Positions 20,677-30,439 of a DNA stretch of 64,000 nt are shown here, one piece after another. Under the pieces are notes generated by a model that saw only the letters and a program-made list of their open reading frames with translations, searched no databases and was not told the origin of the DNA. Source of the stretch: a virus. The translations under genes were made by a program, and so were the position numbers. The DNA is taken from positions 39,830 to 103,829 of IMG/VR virus record IMGVR_UViG_3300017774_003070; one strand, given 5' to 3'. The first letter of the stretch is position 1, and every line of letters begins with the position of its first letter.

Positions 20677-21674
20677 AAATAAATGCTGAAGGTGGAGAAC
20701 TTGTATTACAAGATGAACTAGGTAATACTGTAATCATTCCAAAAGATAAAAGGACTGAAGTACTAGATCTTATTGACAAGAAACAGTCAATTCAACATGT
20801 ACTTGAGAAGTTACCTTTGATGGAACAGTATGCTGAAGATGGTTCTATCATTCCTCCTGATAAGAAAGTTAAAATACAAGGAGCAGATGGTAGAGTAACT
20901 GAATACAGTACTAACTCTCCTGAGTATCGGGATCTGTATAAGAAAGGTGTAATTACAAGGTATGACAAAGCCAATGATACTTATGTAGGACAATCTCTTC
21001 CTGAGGTGTCTATAGGTACTTCTAAACCTAATTACATGAAGTATCAAGAAGAGTATGAAATCAATACACCTAAGTCAGATAAAGTAGCTAAATATCTTAA
21101 AAGTCCTTTAGCAGTATCGTTAGGTAATACACCAGAAAGGTATCCTAAACGATTAGACTTTGAATATGAGCAGGAGAAGAACAAGTACACAGCAGGTAAG
21201 ATAAAGGATGAAGCTTACAAGAAGACTATGCTACTGAATAAGCTAGAGACATCTGGTAATCTCAGTGCTCCTTCATTCACAAGTAAGGAAAAGGAATACT
21301 TGAAGAAGTACAATCCTGAAGCACTTAGGAAGGATGATTACTTAGCTACCAGACAGCAGACTTCGGTTGACAAACTCTATCCTACAGTTAACGATAAAGC
21401 ACAAGCATTTACTTCTTTCCTTAGTCTTGCACTACCAGCTACTAAACTTGGTCAACTTGCAGGAATAACTAATGTAGGACTTGAAGTAGCTAAACCAGAC
21501 AGGAATGCATCAGAGGCTATCCTTGGTCTACTTCCTTATGGTAAAACTTCAGTAAAAGGAGCTAAGACATTCTTTCACTATGCAGACAAAGCATTTGATG
21601 TAACTGATCTACTCCCTGAAGATGTCAAGAAAGAAATTCAAAAACAACAACAAATAGCTGATAAAAATGAATAA
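20673..21674 (+). CDS. Putative virion cargo protein
   Basis: ATGA overlap with RNAP; AEGGE, YAEDG and LPEV motifs. Confidence 0.5.
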   Translation: MKINAEGGELVLQDELGNTVIIPKDKRTEVLDLIDKKQSIQHVLEKLPLMEQYAEDGSIIPPDKKVKIQGADGRVTEYSTNSPEYRDLYKKGVITRYDKANDTYVGQSLPEVSIGTSKPNYMKYQEEYEINTPKSDKVAKYLKSPLAVSLGNTPERYPKRLDFEYEQEKNKYTAGKIKDEAYKKTMLLNKLETSGNLSAPSFTSKEKEYLKKYNPEALRKDDYLATRQQTSVDKLYPTVNDKAQAFTSFLSLALPATKLGQLAGITNVGLEVAKPDRNASEAILGLLPYGKTSVKGAKTFFHYADKAFDVTDLLPEDVKKEIQKQQQIADKNE

Positions 21675-22011
21675 CGTACAATTTATAAGCTTCCTCTTTG
21701 AACTAGAGATGAACCTACATATTGCTCACTTGCAAACTCAATCCTATGCTGAACATATGGCACTAGGTATTTGGGATGATGTAGCTGACTTTAGAGATTC
21801 CTTTACTGAACTTTTGCAGAAGGATAGTATTCTAACTGGATACACGTCTCCCACAGTTCGTGAAGTAAATGGAACAATCATAGTTAAGAATGCAATCAGT
21901 ATAGTTCAACGTTACAGAGCTACACTAAATGAAACTAACTTGCAGAATGAAGTAGACAACTTACTGACTACTTTAGAGGCAGCATTGTACAAACTTAAAT
22001 TCTTGAAATGA
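21667..22011 (+). CDS. Dps/ferritin-like four-helix protein (DUF5856-like)
   Basis: HIAHLQTQSYAEHMALG...D.F.E...YKLKFLK pattern. Confidence 0.7.
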   Translation: MNNVQFISFLFELEMNLHIAHLQTQSYAEHMALGIWDDVADFRDSFTELLQKDSILTGYTSPTVREVNGTIIVKNAISIVQRYRATLNETNLQNEVDNLLTTLEAALYKLKFLK

Positions 22012-25000
22012 ATAAGTGTGTCAATATAAACCATCCTGAATTTAAAGAGTTACTGAGTCAGTCAGCGATAGATCCAATCAGTCTAGCTGCCGACATTAGT
22101 ATCTGGCAGGATAAGAATGATACTGATCTATTTCCTACACTTGAACAGTTGGTTCCTCCAGTTGAGAAAGTAGAATACAGGTTTGCTGCTGTAGATAAGA
22201 TACTTGCGAAGTTACCTATCTTGAACAAGTGGTGGAAAGATAAAGGAATTAGTAAGGATACTTTCTGGAAGAAATTCAAGGAACTAGGTATTCCTCAAGA
22301 GCAAGTTGAGTTGTACAAGGAATCAGAAGGTGATACTTTTGAAGAAGTTGTCATTGATACTTTAGCAAAATATTCTTTCGATGTAAAGATTGTTAGAGGC
22401 AGAAGTTTTGGAGAAGAGGAGTTTGAGTATAGTGATGAGACAGGGCAACTTGTCAGACGTAACTTTACTAGAATTTTAAAAGACAGTAAAGATTATGAAA
22501 TGCTTACTGTATCAGGAGGAATTAACTATGAAGAGAATGAAATTAAAACTCCTCAGATAACTCCTAGTATTAAAGGTCATGCGTCTTTTTCTACGGATCA
22601 GGGAATTGGTTGGTTTCGTAGCGACACTTCTGATTCAGATAGTAAAGTTAGACGTGTTTTGGAAACACAATCTGACCTCTTTCAAAAAGGTAGAACTGAT
22701 GAGTTTCTTACCAATGTAGACGACTCAAAGATTGTTAGGTTTTCAACTGATTATGCAGATTACACAGTATATGCAGATCATGTTGTAATTAAACACGAAA
22801 ATGGATTTAGGGAAAGGCTATCTAATCGAGAATTAGTAGGGAGAGATGATGAGCAGTTAATTAGGGATAAGGTAGAAGAATATAAAAAGAGCACCAACTT
22901 TAATAAGAACGAAAGCAAATTCCTACAACTACTCAATAAAGATGGAAACTGGGTTAAGTTCTTTGTACAATCTATTGTAGCTGACTCAGTTAAACGTGGC
23001 TTTACTAATGTACTGTTTCCTGCTGGTGAGACTGCTGCTAAGATTGAGGGGCATACTTCTTTAGCAAATGATATAGAAACAGTAAATTCTGACATTCAGA
23101 ATAACAAGGAAGTTTATCAGGATTTCAAGGGAAAGTGGAGATTTAATTCAAAGGGTCAAAGTTGGGAAACTCAAGAAGAAGCAGAACTATATCACGATGT
23201 AGTCATTACAGAACTGGAAAAAAAGAAACAAGAACTCAAGTCTCAAGGCATTGAAAAACTAAAACCAATTGAAGCTTTCTATGAAGTTAGAGTACAAAAC
23301 ACACTTAAGAAACTATATCCTGACAATGTAGTTCGTATTACAGATGAGTTTGGTAACGATTGGTTTTCTATCAATCTTAAAGATGAACGTACTAGTCAAG
23401 TATTCTTCCAGAAAGATAAAGCTCATGACAATAGCATCTCCCCAGACAAGTTGAAGTCTCTCCTAGAACGCACAGGCTTCTCTTTAGTAACACTTTCAGA
23501 GTACGAGAAGGTAACTGGTAAGGCATTCGATGTTAATGCACTGGTAGACATGTCAGCTAGGTTAGTTGCTATGTCAGATGGTGCTTCTACTGATGCTTTA
23601 ACTGAAGAGATAGCTCACATGGCTGTAGCTCAAAGTCGTGGTACTAAAGAGTACAACTTTGCAATGGGACTGATTGAGCAGACTGAAGAGTTTGAACAGT
23701 ACTATGATGAATACATGCAAGTGTATGGAGATGACTTACACACTCGTGAAGAAATACTAGGTAAGATACTGAAGAAAGATCTGGAAGCTAAGTTGGGAAC
23801 TTCAATTGGAATGTGGTTACGAAGACTGTGGAATAAGTTCCTAAGTATGTTCAGGAATAAGGAGTTAAGTGATTATGTAGCTCATATTACTGATCAGTTT
23901 GTAGCTAATCCAGATGTTAAAGGTGATGGTATATTCTTCCAAATGGCTAACGAAGAGAAGACTTTACAGTATCAAGTCAATAAACTGAATCGTCGTTACA
24001 AAGACTTAGCTAAGAGAAAGAAAAGTAATCCTAGTCTACTTCCACAGATCAAAGCACTTGAGGAAGAACTAGAAGGAACTAAGAATGGTGTAGGTATCTA
24101 CAAGTTCTTACAACTACTCAATGAAGATACTAAGAATGCTACTGAGTTCTTAAAGACTTACTTTACTGTGACTGAAAGTAACGGTCACACTTATCTTGGC
24201 TCTAGGACTGACAAGGAGACTCCTGGTGACAACATGATCATGCAGTTGGCTCAATACATTGGTTATTACTTACCCTTCCTCAAAGAGCTTAATATGGTCT
24301 TAGATGAAGATGCTGTAATTGGTGATGGAAGGAAGAAGGTGCTAGACAAGATGATTAGAGGTCAGGTAGAGAACTTTGAAGTAATCAATAGAGCGTACAA
24401 TCAATTCCTACGAGAAACTAATAGAGAGAATACAACTACAGATCAGTTAGAGATTGCAGGTGAAGAGATCATACCTATGACTGAGTTACGTGAAGCTCCT
24501 AGAGATTCTAACTTTCTTGAGACTTGGTTTGGATTAGCGAGAAACAACTCTGATACACTTGTAAGGCTTGCTCACAGATTAATCTTTGATGTTAAGAATA
24601 AGATACGAAGAGCAGTATTGAATTGGTCTGATGACTTCCTTGCTGAATCCATTGACTACATTGGTAAAGACATGTCTTGGGTTGCTGAGAGAGTTACTGT
24701 AGATAAGGTAAACGAAAAGACTGGTGTAGTAACTAAGAAAATTCAGAAGTCAGGTAACTTTATCTCTGAAGTAATGCAAGGTCAATGGGACTTAGCTAGA
24801 GAGAAGTTTCACACTGATCTTCACGACAAGTATGGATTCAGTCAAGACTTTTCAGAACGATTGAAGGAGAAGAAGATTATCCAAGGCTACAACTCTAAGA
24901 CAAAGGATAAGTTTCAGTTACAAGAGATACAACGACTCAAGGATTACAACCAAGAGGTAGCCAAGTGGTATACTAAGAATACTATTCCTAATCCAAGAAG

Positions 25001-27053
25001 AGACGAAGTAATAGCTGAACGTAAGGCTTCACTTACACCAGAACAGTTTCAATTCTGGATGTTACGTAATATGGAAACCAATAAGGATGGATCAGTTAAG
25101 TACTATAAAGGTGAGTTGGTTGTACCATCAAGAGGTAAAATAAAGACATTAGAGTTTGGTGATACATTTGAGAGAGTACAAACTGTAGACTGGACTAACA
25201 AGGAGTACTTTAAGTTGAGTGAGAAGGATAGAACTTACTTAGACTTCTTGAAGATGCAGAAGAAGGAGATGGATAAGTCTATTCCCTTTGCTGATTCTAA
25301 CAGACTTCCACAGATGTATGAATCTACTCTTGACATTATGCGATTGAATGAACCAGAAGTATTCAAGAGATTGAAGAAGAACATTGCGTCAAGTGTAGTT
25401 AGAGAGGAAGATGATACACAGTTTGATGATACTCCTAAGCTAAATGACGGTACTATTCTTGATGACGTTCCAATTAGATTTACAAGTACTTTAGGTGAAC
25501 CTGATCGAATTACTACTGACATACTCTCATCTCTTATTGCTTACAAGCAGATGCAAGAGAACTATGTACAGATGTCAAGAGAGTTACCTAAGTTTGAGAA
25601 CATGCTACAAGGAAGCAAGAGAAGAACTGTGAAGTCAGGTAACAAGGTAATTGAGGGTAAAGATTCATGGTCTTTTGCTGCACTCAAACAGTTCCTTGAA
25701 GTTCATGTAACTGGTAAAGAGAAAGAAGACTTTAACGTTACAGTACTTGGAACTAAGATCAGTATTACCAAGACAGTTGAGAAGTTGAGTCAATGGGTTA
25801 GAATGAAGAACTTAGGTTTCAACTTTATAGCTATGACTTCTAACCTTATATCAGCTAAAGTCTTTGCTACACTTGAATCACTAGTTGGTAACTACACTAC
25901 AGTTAAGTCTTCTGCATTTGCTAACAAGGAGTTCCTTAGCATCTTACCTTCTGTCATTGGCAGCTTTAATGGTGTAAGAAGCACTGACAGAATAAGCAGC
26001 TTGATGTCCTACTTTGGTCTTGGTAGAGACATACGTGAGATGTTTGACGATCTTGACAAGCATGTACTAATGCGTAATCAGCCAGACAAGACTCTGATGT
26101 ATGGATTTGAGAAAGGTGATTACTTCTCTAAGTCAGTGGTTATGATTGCAATACTGGACAACTATAGAGTCCACGAGAATAAATGGTACACGTACAAGGA
26201 AGCAACAGCAGCAGGTCTTAACTTTGATGAGATGACTACTGCTTACAATATGCTTAAGGTTGATAAAGATGGTAAGGTTAATCACACTATTCCTGATTCT
26301 GTAATTGACAACCTTACTGCTAGGATGAAGACTATTGCAACTAGAGTAGATGGATCACTTAGTCCTGAAGACAAAGGTGCTATCTATCAGAGTGCAGTAT
26401 TTAGTATGGTAGGACTACACAGAGGATGGTTGTTTGAAGGTCTGAGCAGACGATTGAAGAGCAAGGGTTATGACTTTACGTTGAATCAGATTACTGAAGG
26501 TGAGTACAGAACTGTTACCAGTCTTATTGGTAAGTTCTTTATGTCTAAGGAGAAAGTACAGATCATTAAGAATCTACTTGCTAAGTACAATGAGCTGGAA
26601 GATTATCAGAAGGAGAACTTAAAACGTGTAATGCTTGAACTCTCCATGATTGGTGCGTTTACTGTAATAGCTTTGGTACTTAATTCAGGTGATGACGATG
26701 AGGAAGATTACTTCAGAGACTTGTTAGCTTATCAAGCCAATAGAGTATTGCTAGAAGTCTCATCCTTTTACAACCCTACTGAATTTGTATCTGCTATTAA
26801 AGACCCAATTGTACCAGCTAGAGATTTAGAGCTTGTAGTTAACTTTACTGACATGTTTAATACAAAGGAGATAGAGTCAGGTAAGTGGGAAGGGATGACT
26901 AAACAGCAGAAGTATTTCTTGCAGTTGGTTCCTGGGATAAAAGGTTACGTTAACATGCGTGACCCTGAGAGTCAGAATGAGTTTTTGAAAAGCCGCAATC
27001 TTAAGCCCGTATATTCCGCTTATGAATTTTTCGTTGGCGAAGAAGAAAAGTAA
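22008..27053 (+). CDS. Large polyvalent virion cargo protein
   Basis: 1681 aa; IGWFR...ETQSDLFQKG module, EEIAH zincin-like motif, long helical C-terminus with a hydrophobic segment. Confidence 0.65.
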   Translation: MNKCVNINHPEFKELLSQSAIDPISLAADISIWQDKNDTDLFPTLEQLVPPVEKVEYRFAAVDKILAKLPILNKWWKDKGISKDTFWKKFKELGIPQEQVELYKESEGDTFEEVVIDTLAKYSFDVKIVRGRSFGEEEFEYSDETGQLVRRNFTRILKDSKDYEMLTVSGGINYEENEIKTPQITPSIKGHASFSTDQGIGWFRSDTSDSDSKVRRVLETQSDLFQKGRTDEFLTNVDDSKIVRFSTDYADYTVYADHVVIKHENGFRERLSNRELVGRDDEQLIRDKVEEYKKSTNFNKNESKFLQLLNKDGNWVKFFVQSIVADSVKRGFTNVLFPAGETAAKIEGHTSLANDIETVNSDIQNNKEVYQDFKGKWRFNSKGQSWETQEEAELYHDVVITELEKKKQELKSQGIEKLKPIEAFYEVRVQNTLKKLYPDNVVRITDEFGNDWFSINLKDERTSQVFFQKDKAHDNSISPDKLKSLLERTGFSLVTLSEYEKVTGKAFDVNALVDMSARLVAMSDGASTDALTEEIAHMAVAQSRGTKEYNFAMGLIEQTEEFEQYYDEYMQVYGDDLHTREEILGKILKKDLEAKLGTSIGMWLRRLWNKFLSMFRNKELSDYVAHITDQFVANPDVKGDGIFFQMANEEKTLQYQVNKLNRRYKDLAKRKKSNPSLLPQIKALEEELEGTKNGVGIYKFLQLLNEDTKNATEFLKTYFTVTESNGHTYLGSRTDKETPGDNMIMQLAQYIGYYLPFLKELNMVLDEDAVIGDGRKKVLDKMIRGQVENFEVINRAYNQFLRETNRENTTTDQLEIAGEEIIPMTELREAPRDSNFLETWFGLARNNSDTLVRLAHRLIFDVKNKIRRAVLNWSDDFLAESIDYIGKDMSWVAERVTVDKVNEKTGVVTKKIQKSGNFISEVMQGQWDLAREKFHTDLHDKYGFSQDFSERLKEKKIIQGYNSKTKDKFQLQEIQRLKDYNQEVAKWYTKNTIPNPRRDEVIAERKASLTPEQFQFWMLRNMETNKDGSVKYYKGELVVPSRGKIKTLEFGDTFERVQTVDWTNKEYFKLSEKDRTYLDFLKMQKKEMDKSIPFADSNRLPQMYESTLDIMRLNEPEVFKRLKKNIASSVVREEDDTQFDDTPKLNDGTILDDVPIRFTSTLGEPDRITTDILSSLIAYKQMQENYVQMSRELPKFENMLQGSKRRTVKSGNKVIEGKDSWSFAALKQFLEVHVTGKEKEDFNVTVLGTKISITKTVEKLSQWVRMKNLGFNFIAMTSNLISAKVFATLESLVGNYTTVKSSAFANKEFLSILPSVIGSFNGVRSTDRISSLMSYFGLGRDIREMFDDLDKHVLMRNQPDKTLMYGFEKGDYFSKSVVMIAILDNYRVHENKWYTYKEATAAGLNFDEMTTAYNMLKVDKDGKVNHTIPDSVIDNLTARMKTIATRVDGSLSPEDKGAIYQSAVFSMVGLHRGWLFEGLSRRLKSKGYDFTLNQITEGEYRTVTSLIGKFFMSKEKVQIIKNLLAKYNELEDYQKENLKRVMLELSMIGAFTVIALVLNSGDDDEEDYFRDLLAYQANRVLLEVSSFYNPTEFVSAIKDPIVPARDLELVVNFTDMFNTKEIESGKWEGMTKQQKYFLQLVPGIKGYVNMRDPESQNEFLKSRNLKPVYSAYEFFVGEEEK

Positions 27054-27116
27054 AATATTAAAACGTCTCTTTTTTCTTTTTAAATCTCAATTAAGAATTT
27101 AGCTATTTTGTAGAAG

Positions 27117-27160
27117 TGCTGATTTTACTAGTGGTTTAGTAGGGTCAGCATTTTCATTTT
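27117..27160 (+). terminator. Intrinsic terminator ending the structural module
   Basis: 14-bp stem TGCTGATTTTACTA/TAGTAGGGTCAGCA (with G-U pairs) followed by TTTTCATTTT. Confidence 0.7.
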
Positions 27161-27281
27161 GGGACTATCTCAAGTTTTGTAAAGAGTTAGTACCAAATTT
27201 AGATTTTTTCGTAACTTACACTATGTACAAGTTATTTTAAAATTCGTATCTTGTGGCATTAAATAACGAAATAGCTAAATT

Positions 27282-27932
27282 ATGTTACCAGAAAAACCAA
27301 ATCCCTTTCTTGAGGAGATACAAGATCACGAGAAGATTAAGATACTTGTAAGGGAGAACAACTATTCTATGAAAGTCAATGACGGTTCTACAATGAACTT
27401 AGTCAGTAACATTGATTTTGAAGCAGACAGTAAGACTAACCTTTATGTAGACAATAAAAGGAAAGGAGTACTTAAAGGATTAAGTCCTAAAGCCACTAAG
27501 ATCTTCTTATTTGTAATGCTTAATCTTGAGCGTAATCAGGACTACATTTCTTTCTCAGCTAAACAGATAGAAGCTTTCACAGGCTTTTCTGAGAACACTT
27601 TCTATAAGTATCTGGATGAACTCTTTGTACAGGAGATACTTAGAAGAAAGCACAGAGATTGTTACTGGATAAACCCTCGTGTCTTATTTAAAGGAGATAG
27701 ACTTGCTTACTTTAAAAGAGTAGAATGTCAGTTTAAGACAATTAAAGTTCTTGATGAACCAGTGAATCTATCTGAAATTGAAGAAGGTAAACGAGTTAAA
27801 AAGAAGAACGAATTAATCAAGTACTTTGGTTTAACTAACTACTACCAGTTGAAAATGAAGATAGGCGATGAGCAAATTGAGAAAGTGATGTCAGGAGAAT
27901 TAAAATTGCAAAACGTAAAATTATTAAAGTAA
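27282..27932 (+). CDS. RepL-like winged-helix replication/maintenance protein
   Basis: LSPKATKIFLFV...SENTFYKYLDEL...YWINPRVLFKGDR. Confidence 0.7.
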   Translation: MLPEKPNPFLEEIQDHEKIKILVRENNYSMKVNDGSTMNLVSNIDFEADSKTNLYVDNKRKGVLKGLSPKATKIFLFVMLNLERNQDYISFSAKQIEAFTGFSENTFYKYLDELFVQEILRRKHRDCYWINPRVLFKGDRLAYFKRVECQFKTIKVLDEPVNLSEIEEGKRVKKKNELIKYFGLTNYYQLKMKIGDEQIEKVMSGELKLQNVKLLK

Positions 27933-28711
27933 TGACAACTACATATAATTCACTTTCACACGAAGAATTTGTTCAGAGAGTAAACGAGTTTAATCCTGAT
28001 CTTAAAATACTTAGTAGATATGATGGCATAAACAGGAAAGTATTAGTAGAAGATGAATATGGTTTACTTAATGTAGTTGCACACTCTTTGTTTGAATCTC
28101 CACCTACTATACAAGTAGCAATAGATAAAACTGAGTACTGGAAAAATAAATATAATGTTAAGGAGTTTCATAACTATAAATATGATTACTCTAAAACAGA
28201 GTACAAAGGTGCTCATACAAAAATGATTATAATTTGTCCAGAGCATGGTGAATTTCTACAAGACCCTTCTAACCACGCCAAAGGGCATGGTTGCTGGGAG
28301 TGCTGTAAATCAGAAATAAAGGGTGGTCATGGGGGCTTAAATCTTGTCACAGCAGAACGTAAGAAAGAAGAATGGGAAAACAAACCTGCGTACGTGTATC
28401 ATATCAGATTAGATTCTGAAAATGAAAGCTTTTACAAAGTAGGGATTACAACTCAAGACTTACAAAAAAGATTTGGTAATTTAACCCCTTACACTTACGA
28501 GGTTCTAAATTATGTAACTACGAATCTATATGAAGCAGTAAAGCTAGAAAGAAGCGTACTAGAATTGACAAAGGACTGTAAGTATTTACCCGCAGTTAGG
28601 TTTGATGGTTACACAGAGTGCTTTTCTAGTACTGTACCTGAAATTGACAACATACTACTAAGTTATTCTGATAATAGTTTACAACCTCAACCAATTTCCC
28701 TACCTTTGTAA
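27932..28711 (+). CDS. Homing-endonuclease-like protein (DUF723-type Zn repeat plus GIY-YIG-like domain)
   Basis: YDYSK.EY...IICPEHGEF...H..G.GC..C, then AYVYHI...FYKVGITT....RF...GYTECF. Confidence 0.7.
   Translation: MTTTYNSLSHEEFVQRVNEFNPDLKILSRYDGINRKVLVEDEYGLLNVVAHSLFESPPTIQVAIDKTEYWKNKYNVKEFHNYKYDYSKTEYKGAHTKMIIICPEHGEFLQDPSNHAKGHGCWECCKSEIKGGHGGLNLVTAERKKEEWENKPAYVYHIRLDSENESFYKVGITTQDLQKRFGNLTPYTYEVLNYVTTNLYEAVKLERSVLELTKDCKYLPAVRFDGYTECFSSTVPEIDNILLSYSDNSLQPQPISLPL
28678..28708 (+). promoter_or_regulatory. Bacteroidota-type primary sigma promoter
   Basis: TTTA-N19-TACCTTTG (consensus TTTG-N19-21-TAnnTTTG), 15 nt upstream of ATG 28724. Confidence 0.65.
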
Positions 28712-28723
28712 AAACAAACAAGC

Positions 28724-29038
28724 ATGACAAACAAACAGCGCAACTTGATCAAGAAGAAGATACTCATGTGTCTTACTGAGAACTTCAAGAATAACCAAGC
28801 TATCTTCTCCAAAGAAGGTTGGCAAGTGTTTCACGGCACTGATCTAACTATGGTCATGGATGCTGTGGTGAAAGGCCTACAGTTTGCTAAGTCAGAGATT
28901 GAACTACAAGAAATAGATTGTATGGAAGAAGGTGTAGCTAATATGCCTAAACTTACTGGTGTTAAGAAGAAAGTTAAACGAGGTACTACACTTGGTATCT
29001 TTGACGCAAACCCTTGTATACTATTACCTTACAAGTAA
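28724..29038 (+). CDS. Hypothetical protein
   Basis: ORF directly downstream of a promoter. Confidence 0.55.
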   Translation: MTNKQRNLIKKKILMCLTENFKNNQAIFSKEGWQVFHGTDLTMVMDAVVKGLQFAKSEIELQEIDCMEEGVANMPKLTGVKKKVKRGTTLGIFDANPCILLPYK

Positions 29039-29048
29039 ACAAACAAGC

Positions 29049-29390
29049 ATGAAAAATATTCTATTCTTATTACTCTTCCTTCCTGTACTCAGCTACAGCC
29101 AAACTTTCCACTACACTAAGATCGTAACTGGAAAAGATACAGTTGAGAAAAAAGGATTGTTCTTAATAAAAGAGTTTGGTAACTTAGAACATTATACTCT
29201 TTTTCCTGAACCTACTTTTGGAATTAATGAATTTGTCAATATAGAATTTCTAGTTTACTATCAAAGAGCTTATGTAAGAACCAGTGATTTGGTTTATTTC
29301 AAAGACTTCTTAGACGCAGACCATCTTTTTAACTTTGGTAGTAGAATAGTAATTAAAACCAAGTCCAAGGAAATTCAATTCCTGAAGTAA
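29049..29390 (+). CDS. Secreted hypothetical protein
   Basis: Probable start MKNILFLLLFLPVLSYS-Q: signal peptide with +1 Gln typical of Bacteroidota. Confidence 0.6.
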   Translation: MKNILFLLLFLPVLSYSQTFHYTKIVTGKDTVEKKGLFLIKEFGNLEHYTLFPEPTFGINEFVNIEFLVYYQRAYVRTSDLVYFKDFLDADHLFNFGSRIVIKTKSKEIQFLK

Positions 29391-29405
29391 AAAATAAGTT
29401 AGCAG
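29387..29405 (+). repeat. 19-bp direct repeat, copy 1 (GTAAAAAATAAGTTAGCAG)
   Basis: Identical to 30056-30074. Confidence 0.8.
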
Positions 29406-29406
29406 T

Positions 29407-29736
29407 ATGAACAATCTAATCCTAGCGGCTAGATCATCTGGTAAAGACCAAACTTTAAAACACTTTATTGAAAACCAATATAAACCAAATCAAATGGACA
29501 CTACTAGAATTGAGACAACGATCTCAAAATATCAAAAAGACGTAACCAATTACCACGCTGAAATCAAGAGTCACCAGAAGCGTATTCTTGACATTCAAGA
29601 CGATGTTAATAAGTTACGTGCTGAAATTGCAGAACATGAGGAAGCTATGAAAGAGTATGTTGACTTCATCAAAGTTACTCAGAATAAGATCTTTGGCGCG
29701 GAAGAAGCTGTTAAAGCGTTAACTGAACTAATCTAA
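29407..29736 (+). CDS. Coiled-coil protein
   Basis: Heptad-rich; true start may be internal M30. Confidence 0.55.
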   Translation: MNNLILAARSSGKDQTLKHFIENQYKPNQMDTTRIETTISKYQKDVTNYHAEIKSHQKRILDIQDDVNKLRAEIAEHEEAMKEYVDFIKVTQNKIFGAEEAVKALTELI

Positions 29737-29771
29737 GATATTAGTGGTTCTCTCATAGTAATTATGATTTG

Positions 29772-29804
29772 GTCTTGCCTCAGTGACAGGGGGCAGGACT
29801 TTTT
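29772..29804 (+). terminator. Intrinsic terminator at the convergent strand switch
   Basis: GTCTTGCCT/GGGCAGGAC stem followed by TTTTT. Confidence 0.7.
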
Positions 29805-30051
29805 AATTACACCCTTTGTCGTTATTACACTTAGCACAGCACGTTTTCAAGTTCTCCATTCTATTAGAACCTCCTTTAATCCTGGGAATTACATGATCTA
29901 CCGTAGCCATTCTAGGATGATTAGGTAAGTCTCTAACTCTTAAACCACAGATATAGCAAGTCCAATTGTCTCGTTTAAACACACGTAATCGTAGTGCTTC
30001 TTTTAATGATCTAGTACGCTTAGTACTTCTCTTTCTTATTCTCTTTTCCAT
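29803..30051 (-). CDS. HNH endonuclease
   Basis: RD..TCYICG...TVDHVIP...GG.N...NL...CAKCN..KG. Confidence 0.9.
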   Translation of the reverse strand: MEKRIRKRSTKRTRSLKEALRLRVFKRDNWTCYICGLRVRDLPNHPRMATVDHVIPRIKGGSNRMENLKTCCAKCNNDKGCN

Positions 30052-30055
30052 AGTT

Positions 30056-30074
30056 GTAAAAAATAAGTTAGCAG
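30056..30074 (+). repeat. 19-bp direct repeat, copy 2
   Basis: Identical to 29387-29405; forms one arm of a minus-strand terminator-like hairpin (GTTAG...CTAAC). Confidence 0.8.
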
Positions 30075-30085
30075 GGTTTCCCCCA

Positions 30086-30394
30086 CTAACCTATAATATA
30101 AGCTTGACCATCATCTCCACCAAATCTAACTTCCACATAATCATTCATTCTACCTTCAGTCCTTAACCACTCGGTAAATGTCTCTCGCATTACATCACAT
30201 TCTTGAGAGGTTTCCCAACCTTCTTTACTTCCGTCAGGAGCAATAAAGAAACTACACTGACCATTGATTACTCCTTTGACTAGCTCACTTACTAGTTGTT
30301 CATTGAATATTTCCTTGGCTTTATTGTGTATCTTCTCTAACTCCTCATCATCCCAAGAAGTTACTACTATTGCATTGTGTTTAATGTATCCCAT
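30086..30394 (-). CDS. Conserved phage hypothetical protein
   Basis: HNAIVVTS...FFIAPDGSKEGW motif. Confidence 0.55.
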   Translation of the reverse strand: MGYIKHNAIVVTSWDDEELEKIHNKAKEIFNEQLVSELVKGVINGQCSFFIAPDGSKEGWETSQECDVMRETFTEWLRTEGRMNDYVEVRFGGDDGQAYIIG

Positions 30395-30439
30395 ATTATT
30401 TAGTTAGCAGAGACAGTTGACTCCCATCTCTGCGTTGTA

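Noticed and set aside
1707-25522. Short antisense and alternate-frame ORFs inside structural genes, and + strand ORFs inside the minus arm
   Set aside because: Shadow ORFs of long genes with no recognisable motifs.
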